Below are positions 29,644 to 38,478 of a DNA stretch of 64,000 bases, in pieces. Origin of the DNA: Boseongicola sp. SB0665_bin_10 (lineage in GTDB: Bacteria; Pseudomonadota; Alphaproteobacteria; Rhodobacterales; Rhodobacteraceae). Location: assembly GCA_009838075.1 (NCBI GenBank), contig VXSG01000020.1:25276-89275 (forward strand), written 5' to 3'. The notes below the pieces were generated by a model, which saw only the letters and a list, made by a program, of their open reading frames with translations, was not told the origin of the DNA and did no database searches. Made by a program: the position numbers and the translations under genes. Each line of letters opens with the position of its first letter. Position 1 is the stretch's first letter.

Positions 29644-30516
29644 TCAAGGGGAGCTGACCCTTGGCACCTCCCGACGGCGACCGGGCCGTCCCGGGATCGG
29701 ATCGACACGGTCCCGCATCCGCCCGGTCTGCGGAAGAAGAGCCTTTCCGGGCTTGGAAAGGATCTGCCCAAACCCTCTCAATTCGTCCGTGATGCCGGCT
29801 CGGCGCAGGCAGCTCCAGAACTGTGCCTGATTGGACGTGATGACGGGCTTGCCGATGGCCTGCTCGATCTCTTCGGCAACTTCGAGCGCGCGTATGCCGC
29901 CGCAACTCAGGAAGACCGCATCCGCGCCCGGCTGGTCGATCTCGATCGCGAAGGTCTTCCAGAATTCCGGCGTGACCCGTCCCATCTCCGTTCCGGTGCT
30001 CAGGTTGAGTCCCTGGACGTCCAGCACATCGTAGCCTTTCTTCAGCAGGTACTCGGCCTCTGAAGTGTTGACCTCGTCCAGATAAGGCGTTCCCACGACA
30101 AGCTTCTTCACCTGCAATTCGTTCAGCGCGTCAAGCACGCCCTGAACAAGGCACATGGGCCGGGCCCAGGGCGCACCCTTCCTGATTTCGGACATGACCC
30201 GATTCTCCCCGATCACGATGGATCCGCTCGTGCAGCTGTAGCTGACGACATCCGGTTCCAGGTCGGGCTGTATGCGGGATGCTGCATCCGCCATGTGCTC
30301 GATGTGACGCGACAGCGTCTCGTTGGTCGTATGGTCTTCGGTCTTCAGCCGAGTGAAGTGCACCGCAACGCCCTCGGGCGCCATGTCGAAGAAGTCGGAT
30401 TCCGACGCGAGATCCGTGGACATGAGAATGAACCCAAGGCGGGCGCGATGATGGCGACCCTTGTCCAGGATCGGGTCCCAGCACCTGGATGACACTACGT
30501 CGCCGGACTTGAACAT
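29644..30516 (-). CDS. Asp/Glu/hydantoin-racemase-fold protein (maleate isomerase / arylmalonate decarboxylase / EutA-like)
   Basis: 'RLGFILMSTDLASESDF' plus two catalytic-Cys motifs, 'VVSYSCTSGS' and 'AVFLSCGGIRALE'. The Arg/Pro-rich last ~35 aa may not be genuine. Confidence 0.8.
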   Translation of the reverse strand: MFKSGDVVSSRCWDPILDKGRHHRARLGFILMSTDLASESDFFDMAPEGVAVHFTRLKTEDHTTNETLSRHIEHMADAASRIQPDLEPDVVSYSCTSGSIVIGENRVMSEIRKGAPWARPMCLVQGVLDALNELQVKKLVVGTPYLDEVNTSEAEYLLKKGYDVLDVQGLNLSTGTEMGRVTPEFWKTFAIEIDQPGADAVFLSCGGIRALEVAEEIEQAIGKPVITSNQAQFWSCLRRAGITDELRGFGQILSKPGKALLPQTGRMRDRVDPIPGRPGRRREVPRVSSP

Positions 30517-31121
30517 TTGAACGCTCTCCTGTTCTGAAGGTCGCTGGGTTGACTCGTGACAGAATTCTGAATGCCGGCCTTCCGGGACGACGGCCGGCGC
30601 ATGCGACTGACCTTCGGTCCGTTACACGGCTTCACGAACCGTGGCGAGGGTTTGTGTGCCGGTTCCATCTTCCCATTCTCGAACGACCCGACCGCCGATC
30701 CCTGAACTTCGATTCCTCCGCCGCAGAAGAAGCGGACACGTTCAGGGATGTCGCGCACATACTCGGTCCGGCAGATCATGATCGGCACCGTGGCCCCAAT
30801 TCGCGGACAGGCTTGTGAATGCCATGCGCGGCCTCTCCCTTCCCGGTGCGGAACGGGCCGTTGCCGACCGCCGGCCCAGGCAGTCCAAGTGCCCTCGGAT
30901 GCGCCCGAGTCCCTGCAGTCGCCCGAAGCCCGAATCCAGCATCGCGGGTATCCTCTGCCGCTCTCGAACATCCGGTCAGGAACGCAAAGGGTGTCCAGGG
31001 TGCAACTGCCTGAACCTTCGCCCTGGCTGACATCACCGGCAGCGCGTGGACGGCGTCTCCTGGCATGCGCATCGGCGAAGAGACGGACGTGACCAGCCTC
31101 GGCATATGCGTTCCCCAAGAC

Positions 31122-31874
31122 TCAGTCCTTGTAGTCCGGCTCCTCCCTGTCCAGCACCAGTTTCATCTCCTCGAAATGCGCGATCTCCGCGTCCTTGTAC
31201 TCCTCCCACTCGGATGCCGTCGCCTCGGCCAGTCCGTCCTGCATCACGGCTAGCTCCTGCCCGGTCTGGTAGGCCATGACCATAGTCCGGGCAGCGCGTT
31301 CAAGATGGTAGAGCGCGTCCCAGGCCTCGGCCACGCTGGTGCCGAACGTGGTGACACCATGGTTCTGCATCATCACGGCTCGATGGTTGCCCACGGTTCG
31401 GGAAATCCGCTCTCCCTCCTCCTCTTCGGACGCGATGCCGCCGAAAGCCAGGTCATACGCCAAGCGCCCAAACCAACGGGCCGTCACCTGGTCGACCGGC
31501 CTGATCGTCGGATCCTTCAGGCTCGCGAGCGCTGTTGCGTACGGCGGATGGATGTGCAGCGCAACACGTGCCTGCGGAAGGTTTCTGTGGAGAGCGGAGT
31601 GGATCGCCCACGCGCTCCGATCCGGAGCGTCGGGTCGTGCCATGGTCGAAGGATCGTCGGCGTTGCAGAGGATCAGGTCCGAAGCCTGGACACGGCTCCA
31701 ATGAACCCATTTTGGATTGACGAGGAACACCTTGCCGTCAGCGCTGACTGCGGCCGAAAAGTGGTTTGCCACGGCCTCGTGCCACCCATTGCGGCAGGAA
31801 AGCCTGAGGGCGGCGGCGAGATCAACGCGGATGGTCGCCTCGTCGCTGACGAGCTTCGTGTCGTGGCGGGTCAT
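31122..31874 (-). CDS. class II aldolase/adducin family protein
   Basis: 'GWHEAVANHFSA', 'AWAIHSALHRNLPQARVALHIHPPYATALA' and 'AVMMQNHGVTTFG' (His ligands of the fold). Confidence 0.85.
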   Translation of the reverse strand: MTRHDTKLVSDEATIRVDLAAALRLSCRNGWHEAVANHFSAAVSADGKVFLVNPKWVHWSRVQASDLILCNADDPSTMARPDAPDRSAWAIHSALHRNLPQARVALHIHPPYATALASLKDPTIRPVDQVTARWFGRLAYDLAFGGIASEEEEGERISRTVGNHRAVMMQNHGVTTFGTSVAEAWDALYHLERAARTMVMAYQTGQELAVMQDGLAEATASEWEEYKDAEIAHFEEMKLVLDREEPDYKD

Positions 31875-32381
31875 TTTTTCACTCCATCTGCCTGCGGTGG
31901 AACAAGGGGCGCAACCTGAGAACTGCCGCCCTTTCGGGGATCAGAATGTCATGTGCCCAGTGACATGCCGCGCAAAGGTCAACCAATCTCCGTTTTGTGC
32001 GCGACACGCATTTGGTAGCAGCATCCACCAAGACCGTCACTTCAAAATTGCGCCAAAGTGAACCTGTGCCCGACAGGCGGCGACCGGCTCGATCCGTGCG
32101 GGACGAATCCCTTTCTTGGCTTCCTCCCCGGCACCGACGCCACCGCGGTTGATTGCCCCGGCACCAAGCCCGGGCCCGGCACGGAAACAACGAATGCCTT
32201 GCATCGCCTGTAGCGCGCTCGACCATGATCCCGAGCACATGCTCCAGGGCGCTGGCGCGAGAAGGGCCTCCGACGGGACTTCCCAACCCGGGCCGCCGAC
32301 GCCCGTCGAAGGCGCTTTTCCTTTGTGCCCGCACCATATAGACAACGCGTAATGGCACGCGAGCAGAGCCGAGGGGCAAGA

Positions 32382-32888
32382 ATGGCAAAGCGGTCGCATG
32401 ACGACGACGTGGAATTCATCAAGTCACTGGCTGAACTTCTTGGCGACAATGACCTTGCCGAGTTGCACGTCAAGCGCGAGCATCCCGAAGACGGGAGCCT
32501 CAATGTTCGGGTCAGCAAGGTTGGCAAGATCGCCGCACCCGTCGCGATCCATGCACCCGCCGCCCCTGCCCAAACGCCTGTCCCTGCCCAGGCCCTCGAA
32601 CCGGACGCGGCCACCGCGACGCCGGCAGGAGACGAAGACGACCCGGCTGCACTGCCCGGAGCGGTCGTGTCGCCCATGGTCGGAACCGCCTACCTGCATC
32701 CGGAACCCGGCGCCGAGCCCTTCGTCAAGCCAGGTGACGAGGTGACGGAGGGACAGACCCTGCTGATCGTTGAGGCCATGAAGACCATGAACAACATCCC
32801 GGCGCCAATTTCCGGCACGGTCAAGCGCATCCTGATCGAAGACGGTGCGCCGGTTGAGTTCGGTGCACCGCTGATGGTGATCGAGTAG
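32382..32888 (+). CDS. accB: acetyl-CoA carboxylase biotin carboxyl carrier protein
   Basis: ATG 32382 (GAGGGG upstream). Ala/Pro linker, then the biotinyl motif '[21 protein letters not shown]'. Confidence 0.9.
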   Translation: MAKRSHDDDVEFIKSLAELLGDNDLAELHVKREHPEDGSLNVRVSKVGKIAAPVAIHAPAAPAQTPVPAQALEPDAATATPAGDEDDPAALPGAVVSPMVGTAYLHPEPGAEPFVKPGDEVTEGQTLLIVEAMKTMNNIPAPISGTVKRILIEDGAPVEFGAPLMVIE

Positions 32889-32898
32889 GGTCGCGCCC

Positions 32899-34245
32899 GT
32901 GTTCGAGAAGATCCTGATCGCAAACCGGGGCGAGATCGCGCTTCGCGTGGTCCGCGCCTGTCGCGAGATGGGCATCCAGTCGGTCGCGGTGCATTCCACA
33001 TCCGACGTTGACGCCATGCACGTGCGCATGGCTGACGAGAGCATCTGCATCGGGCCACCGCCCGGAGCGCAAAGCTACCTGTCAATCCCGGCGATTGTCT
33101 CCGCCTGCGAGATCACTGGCGCGCAGGCCGTTCATCCAGGCTACGGCTTTCTTTCGGAAAACGCGAAATTCGCCCAGATTCTCGAGGATCATGAGCTTAA
33201 GTTCATCGGCCCCTCCGCGGAACACATTCGCCTCATGGGAGACAAGATTACCGCAAAGGACACGATGAAGGGTCTGGGCGTTCCCTGCGTGCCCGGCTCC
33301 GACGGCGGCGTGGAGACGCTCGATGAGGCAACCGCGATCGGCAAGCAGATCGGCTACCCGATCATCGTGAAGGCGACGGCCGGCGGCGGCGGCAGGGGCA
33401 TGAAGCTGGCAAAGTCCGCCGGCGAAATGGAGTCGGCATTCCATACCGCGCGTTCGGAAGCCAAGGCCGCGTTTGGCAATGACGAAGTGTATGTCGAGAA
33501 ATACCTGGGCAAGCCACGTCACATCGAGATCCAGATCTTTGGCGACGGAAAGGGCAAGGCGGTGCATCTGGGTGAACGCGATTGCTCGCTCCAGCGACGC
33601 CACCAGAAGGTCCTCGAGGAAGCGCCCGGTCCTGCAATCGACGAAAAGACCCGCGCCCGAATTGGCAAGACCTGCGCCGATGCCGTTGCGCGCATCAACT
33701 ACGCAGGGGCCGGAACGGTCGAGTTTCTGTACGAAGACGGAGAATTCTACTTCATCGAGATGAACACGCGCCTGCAGGTCGAGCATCCGGTGACCGAGGC
33801 GATTTACGGCGTCGACCTGGTACGCGAGCAGATTCGGGTCGCTGCCGGCGAACCGATGTCCTTTTCCCAGAAGAGCCTGCAGATCGACGGACACTCCATC
33901 GAGATCCGGATCAATGCCGAGAAACTGCCGATGTTTTCTCCGTCTCCCGGGAGGATCACCCAATATCACGCCCCGGGCGGCCTCGGAGTCCGCATGGATT
34001 CGGCAATCTATGACGGATATTCCATCCCGCCCCACTATGACTCCCTGATCGGCAAGCTGATAGTCCACGGACGTGACCGGCCGGAGGCGCTGGCGCGCCT
34101 GGGTCGCGCCCTTTCCGAGTTGATCGTCGACGGGATTGACACCAACGTGCCGCTCTTCGACGCTCTTCTGAGGGAGACCGCAATCCAGTCGGGCAACTAC
34201 AACATTCACTGGCTGGAAAAATGGCTCACCAGGAATTTCCAGTGA
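32899..34245 (+). CDS. accC: acetyl-CoA carboxylase biotin carboxylase
   Basis: '[25 protein letters not shown]', '[16 protein letters not shown]' and '[16 protein letters not shown]'. GTG start. Confidence 0.95.
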   Translation: MFEKILIANRGEIALRVVRACREMGIQSVAVHSTSDVDAMHVRMADESICIGPPPGAQSYLSIPAIVSACEITGAQAVHPGYGFLSENAKFAQILEDHELKFIGPSAEHIRLMGDKITAKDTMKGLGVPCVPGSDGGVETLDEATAIGKQIGYPIIVKATAGGGGRGMKLAKSAGEMESAFHTARSEAKAAFGNDEVYVEKYLGKPRHIEIQIFGDGKGKAVHLGERDCSLQRRHQKVLEEAPGPAIDEKTRARIGKTCADAVARINYAGAGTVEFLYEDGEFYFIEMNTRLQVEHPVTEAIYGVDLVREQIRVAAGEPMSFSQKSLQIDGHSIEIRINAEKLPMFSPSPGRITQYHAPGGLGVRMDSAIYDGYSIPPHYDSLIGKLIVHGRDRPEALARLGRALSELIVDGIDTNVPLFDALLRETAIQSGNYNIHWLEKWLTRNFQ

Positions 34246-34285
34246 GGCGTCCGCGCTTGATCGAAATCGCGCCACTCCAGCCTGC

Positions 34286-34948
34286 ATGGTCCGCGTGAGC
34301 GACCGTAGCCTGACGGCCGAACTTCTGCTTGGAGCCTACGCGACCGGCATCTTTCCGATGGCGGATTCGCGCGACGACCCGGATGTCCACTGGGTCGATC
34401 CCCGCGTGCGGGGCGTGCTGCCGCTGGACGGATTCCACATGTCGCGGTCTCTCGCACGCAGGATGCGGGGCGGGAACTACACGGCCACCCTGGACATCGA
34501 ATTTGAAGCGATCGTTGACGGTTGTGCCGATCGAGAGGAAACCTGGATCAACGAGACGATCCGGGAGCTGGTGATCGAGCTTCACGTCATGGGGCGTGCA
34601 CACGGATTCGGCGTTTGGTCGAAGGGTCGTCTCGTCGGTGGCATGTACGGAGTCGCGCTCGGTGGCGCGTTCTTTGGCGAGAGCATGTTCTCCGCAAGGA
34701 GCGACGGCTCGAAAATGGCGCTCGCGTGGGCGGTCGACCATCTCCGGCGAACCGGGTTCGTCCTCTACGACACGCAATTCAGTTCACCGCACCTGGCCTC
34801 TCTCGGCGTCAGGGAAGTCACGCGTGCGGCCTATAGAGCGCTATTGGCAAGCGCGCTTGAAGCATCGGCCGACATAACTCGATTGCCGCTCGAAAATGAC
34901 CCTCAGGCCGTGGTGCAGCGGATCACCCAGACGTCATATCGAGGATGA
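34286..34948 (+). CDS. aat: leucyl/phenylalanyl-tRNA--protein transferase
   Basis: 'LLLGAYATGIFPMADS', 'WVDPRVRGVLPLDGFHMSRSL' and 'GGMYGVALGGAFFGESMFS'. Confidence 0.9.
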   Translation: MVRVSDRSLTAELLLGAYATGIFPMADSRDDPDVHWVDPRVRGVLPLDGFHMSRSLARRMRGGNYTATLDIEFEAIVDGCADREETWINETIRELVIELHVMGRAHGFGVWSKGRLVGGMYGVALGGAFFGESMFSARSDGSKMALAWAVDHLRRTGFVLYDTQFSSPHLASLGVREVTRAAYRALLASALEASADITRLPLENDPQAVVQRITQTSYRG

Positions 34949-35340
34949 TCAAGCGCATTGAGCGCCGGGCTCGAAGCGATCATCCAGCCATCGAAGACGA
35001 CTGCATCGCGGACGGAATCGCGGATCGTGAGCCACGCGAATCCTTCGCCAGCCGGATTGTCCTCGAAGTAGCGGCACTCGCCGAGATCGACCTCGACTCG
35101 CCCCACGGTGACGGTTTCGCCGACACGAAGCTCGACATCGATCACGTCGCCCGACACCTTGTCCAGGCCCTTGAGCAAGACGCCACCGGAACGCACCACC
35201 CTGACTTCCTCGGGGATTGCAGCGAGAATGGCAGCAGGCACGTCGTCCACGGCAGATGCGGCGGCATCCTCCTGGGCGGCATCCTCCTAGGCGGCGGCCG
35301 AACCGGCCAGCAACGCCAGGAACAAGAGGAAACGGATCAT
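34903..35340 (-). pseudogene. DUF2155-family exported protein gene interrupted by an in-frame TAG at codon 18
   Basis: ATG 35340 overlaps the mlaD stop (ATGA) and encodes the signal peptide 'MIRFLLFLALLAGSAAA'. A TAG follows at 35289-35287. The same frame then continues into the DUF2155 body 'LKGLDKVSGDVIDVELRVGETVTVGRVEVDLGECRYFEDNPAGEGFAWLTI'. Confidence 0.6.
35261..35290. repeat. 15-bp direct tandem duplication (GCGGCATCCTCCTGG / GCGGCATCCTCCTAG) inside the DUF2155 gene
   Basis: Read directly. The copies differ only at G35274 versus A35289. The A creates the amber codon on the minus strand. Confidence 0.9.
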
Positions 35341-35792
35341 TCCTCCGATCCGGACACGAACTTCATGAGAAGCTGAACGACGGAAATCGCCCCTTGCGTG
35401 TCCTCGATCTCGCTGCCCGGCTCGAGATTGATGATCGACCCTCCGGGCAGAAGCTCCACGAAGCTGCCGCCAAGGAGGCCTTCGGAGGAAATGACGGCCG
35501 CCGTGTCGTCCGGCAAGAGCACCTCCTCCTGCACGCTGATTACGGCATGGGCGCGAAAGGACTGCGGATCGAGGTTCAGTTCAAGGACCGATCCGACCTT
35601 TACGCCTGCCAGCCGCACGTCGGTGCCGACGCCGACGCCTTCCGCAGAACGAAAGGATGCCGTGTAGGTGTCCATGCCCGACGGCGAAAGGTTCACGCCG
35701 CCGACCTGCGCCAGGTAGATCAGGAATCCTGCCGCCATGGCGAGAATGCCTGCGCCTGTCAGGACTTCCGTCGCGTTTTCCGACATGGCCAT
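35337..35792 (-). CDS. mlaD: MlaD-family (MCE domain) lipid-asymmetry maintenance protein
   Basis: ORF 35337-35912. ATG 35792 or 35786 gives 'M(AM)SENATEVLTGAGILAMAAGFLIYL' (TM anchor), then the MCE core 'FRSAEGVGVGTDVRLAGVKVGSV'. Confidence 0.8.
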   Translation of the reverse strand: MAMSENATEVLTGAGILAMAAGFLIYLAQVGGVNLSPSGMDTYTASFRSAEGVGVGTDVRLAGVKVGSVLELNLDPQSFRAHAVISVQEEVLLPDDTAAVISSEGLLGGSFVELLPGGSIINLEPGSEIEDTQGAISVVQLLMKFVSGSEE

Positions 35793-36172
35793 TACTCGGG
35801 GGTCCAGGCTTCGTAGTCCTGCCGGTCGACCGGCCTGGATTGCCGGATCGAACCGGGCGGCGCGTATGCCAGCGGCGTGCCAGTCAGGTTCTCCTGGTGC
35901 GGCCTTTCCCATTCCTTGCGGGCGAGCGGCCGTTCCGTCGGCGGCTCGTCATAGGTGTAGTGCAGCCACCCATGCCAGTCCGCGCCGATCCGGCTTGCTT
36001 CGGCCTCGCCGTTGTAGATCACCCAGCGCCTCCCGTCGCGGGACTGGTAGAAGACGTTGCCCTGCTCGTCTTCGCCAATCCGCCTGCCCTTGAGCCAGGT
36101 ATGGAACTGGGTGCCCCAGGTCTGGCCGTTCCACCAGGTGACCGCTCGAACAAGCGTGTCGATTAGGCTCAT
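35792..36172 (-). CDS. NADH:ubiquinone oxidoreductase subunit NDUFA12-family protein
   Basis: ATG 36172 within ORF 35792-36541 gives '[43 protein letters not shown]...[24 protein letters not shown]'. Confidence 0.85.
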   Translation of the reverse strand: MSLIDTLVRAVTWWNGQTWGTQFHTWLKGRRIGEDEQGNVFYQSRDGRRWVIYNGEAEASRIGADWHGWLHYTYDEPPTERPLARKEWERPHQENLTGTPLAYAPPGSIRQSRPVDRQDYEAWTPE

Positions 36173-36484
36173 CCTGCACATTCCTTCCGAATTGTTCGTG
36201 GTATGGCGCAAGACCGCGGAAAATTCCAGCAAAAGCCTCTTGTCGGAGGAAAATTCCGAAACCGCGCCAGTGCCTGAAGCGCCGGGGCCGGCATTCAGGG
36301 CGGTGTCTTCCTCGATTGCCTGGCCTTGCGTGGACAAGACATCCCGCTCTTCGTCAAGGTGCCTGTCAGCAAGTACTTGGACTGCCCGCGTGCCTGACAT
36401 AGATTGCCCCTGACACCCCCTGCGGTCCTCGATCGCAGGGTGCGGGGCCTTTCGGACGCCCCTGCCATCATGACGGACCGTTCC

Positions 36485-36664
36485 ATGCGCACGTACATCC
36501 ATGTCGATGATTTCAACCTCTGCTGCGGCTCGCTCGAACACACGTCATGGCGATGGCTCGATTTGGTCGCTCTCCCCGGGAACATGCTGCAGCCTCGCCA
36601 CGATGTCGTTCTCAGGCAGAGGTTGATTTTCTCGATCACCGGCCTTGGACCAACGAATTTGTGA
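36485..36664 (+). pseudogene. N-terminal fragment of an NYN-domain (LabA/DUF88-like) gene
   Basis: '[42 protein letters not shown]' follows the remembered NYN N-terminal pattern 'M.....YVDGFNLYYG.L....yKWLDL..L'. The frame then degenerates and stops. Confidence 0.45.
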
Positions 36665-36685
36665 CTCGAGGAAAGGCCCGGCCCC

Positions 36686-37561
36686 ATGAAAGCGGAATGC
36701 GTCGTACCAAGCCGAAGCCAGGTTGGCGAAGGGGCCGTCTGGGATGATCGAGACCAGGTGCTCTGGTGGGTGGACATTCCGGCCGGACTGATTCACCGCT
36801 TCGACCCGTCGCGTGGCCGGAACACCACGATAGAATATGGTGAGCCTGTCGGCTGCCTTGCGGTTCGCGAGTCCGGCGGCCTGGTTCTGGCAGCGAAATC
36901 GGGCTTCTGCTTCTTCGATCCGGTCAGCGGCAAACGACAGCCGATCACGGATCCCGAAGCGCATCTCCCGATGAACCGCTTCAACGACGGAGCGACCGAC
37001 ACAAGGGGCAGGTTCTGGGCTGGCACCATGAAGGACGGCGGCGACCCCGAGCGCATGGGACGGTTCTATTGCCTGGACGCGAACCTGGAGGTTGCGCCCT
37101 GGAAAGACGGCTTCTACACGACCAACGGCCTCGCATTTTCGCCCGACGGACGGACGATGTACTTTTCGGACAGCAACAAGGCGATCCGCACGATCTGGCG
37201 CTCAACCTATGATGCGGACAGCGGCACTCCGGGCGAACCGGAAGTGTTCTTCGACACCAGGAGCGTCGCCGGGCGCCCGGACGGCGCGACGGTCGACGTC
37301 GACGGTTGCTACTGGCAAGCGGGAATTGACGGCTGGCAGCTCTACCGGATCACGCCCGAGGGCCGCGTCGACATGACGGTTGACCTTCCCGTCGAGCGCC
37401 CCTCGCGACCCATGTTCGGCGGAGCGAACCTTGACACGCTTTATGTCACTTCGCTCGGGGTCGGCCTGAGCGCGGGCCGTGACCAGCCGGAAGCCGGGTC
37501 GCTCTTCGCGGTTTCGGGGCTTGGCGTGCAGGGCCTCCCCCAAACGCGCTTCAAGGGCTGA
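36686..37561 (+). CDS. SMP-30/gluconolactonase/LRE family protein
   Basis: 'VGEGAVWDDRDQVLWWVDI', 'NRFNDGATDTRGRFWAGTM', 'TNGLAFSPDGRTMYFSDS' and 'PDGATVDVDGCYW'. Confidence 0.85.
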   Translation: MKAECVVPSRSQVGEGAVWDDRDQVLWWVDIPAGLIHRFDPSRGRNTTIEYGEPVGCLAVRESGGLVLAAKSGFCFFDPVSGKRQPITDPEAHLPMNRFNDGATDTRGRFWAGTMKDGGDPERMGRFYCLDANLEVAPWKDGFYTTNGLAFSPDGRTMYFSDSNKAIRTIWRSTYDADSGTPGEPEVFFDTRSVAGRPDGATVDVDGCYWQAGIDGWQLYRITPEGRVDMTVDLPVERPSRPMFGGANLDTLYVTSLGVGLSAGRDQPEAGSLFAVSGLGVQGLPQTRFKG

Positions 37562-37710
37562 CGGCCGGCGTGACCGCTCCGAAGCGTCGCGCCAGGTCGA
37601 CGGCACTGCGGGATCCTTCGTTCCGTCAGCCACCACGCCACGGCTTGCCAGCGACCGCACGAAGGCGTAGGCCGGAATGCGTCATCCATGCCAGGCCCTC
37701 GGGAGGTTCC

Positions 37711-38466
37711 ATGTCCGAATTCGCGATCTTTCCGAGCCTGAAAGGCAAGACCGTCCTGGTTACAGGCGGCGCACAGGGCATCGGGTCCGAGATCGTGCGG
37801 GCATTCGCGAACCAGGGCGCCAGGGTCGGGTTCATTGACATGGATGCCGAGGGCAGTGCCGCACTGGCCTCGAGCGTTGAGGGCATCGTCGACTTTGAGA
37901 CCTGTGACCTTCGCGACGTCGATGCGCAGCGGCGCGCGATCGCCGCGCTTGCCGATCGGCAGGGGGACCCTTCCGTGCTGGTCAACAATGCCGCCCGCGA
38001 CGACCGCCACGACTGGCAGGACGTGACCCCGGAATACTGGGACGAACGCCAAGCCACGAACCTTCGCCACATGTTTTTTTCGATCCAAGCCGTGGCTCCG
38101 GGCATGATCAAGGCCGGCGGCGGGTCCATCATAAACCTTGGCTCGAACAGCTGGTGGGAGGCTGGCGGCGGGTTTCCCGCCTACGCCACGGCCAAGTCCG
38201 CCGTTCACGGGCTGACGCGGACCATGGCACGTGACCTCGGAAAGCACCGGATCCGTGTCAACGCCGTGGTCCCGGGATGGATCATGACGGAACGCCAGAA
38301 GGAGCTTTGGGCCACGCCTGAGAAGCTTGCCGCCCACAGGCAACGACAGTGCCTGCCCGACTTGATCGAACCCCAATACGTTGCCCGCATGGTCCTCTTT
38401 CTGGCCTCGGACGATGCGGCAATGTGCACGGCGGGCAACTACATGGTCGAAGCCGGCTCGATCTGA
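37711..38466 (+). CDS. SDR family oxidoreductase
   Basis: ATG 37711 (GGGAGG upstream) within ORF 37570-38466. Motifs: 'KGKTVLVTGGAQGIGSEI', 'NNAA' and 'YATAKSAVHGLTR'. Confidence 0.85.
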   Translation: MSEFAIFPSLKGKTVLVTGGAQGIGSEIVRAFANQGARVGFIDMDAEGSAALASSVEGIVDFETCDLRDVDAQRRAIAALADRQGDPSVLVNNAARDDRHDWQDVTPEYWDERQATNLRHMFFSIQAVAPGMIKAGGGSIINLGSNSWWEAGGGFPAYATAKSAVHGLTRTMARDLGKHRIRVNAVVPGWIMTERQKELWATPEKLAAHRQRQCLPDLIEPQYVARMVLFLASDDAAMCTAGNYMVEAGSI

Positions 38467-38478
38467 GGGGGGAGGGAA

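Noticed and set aside
31875-32381. A relic of aroQ (type II 3-dehydroquinase), which often precedes accB-accC.
   Set aside because: The only match is a 4-5 residue coincidence ('ALAREG' versus 'HAREEF') in one frame. The NGPNLN and HTS motifs are absent. This is too weak to call.
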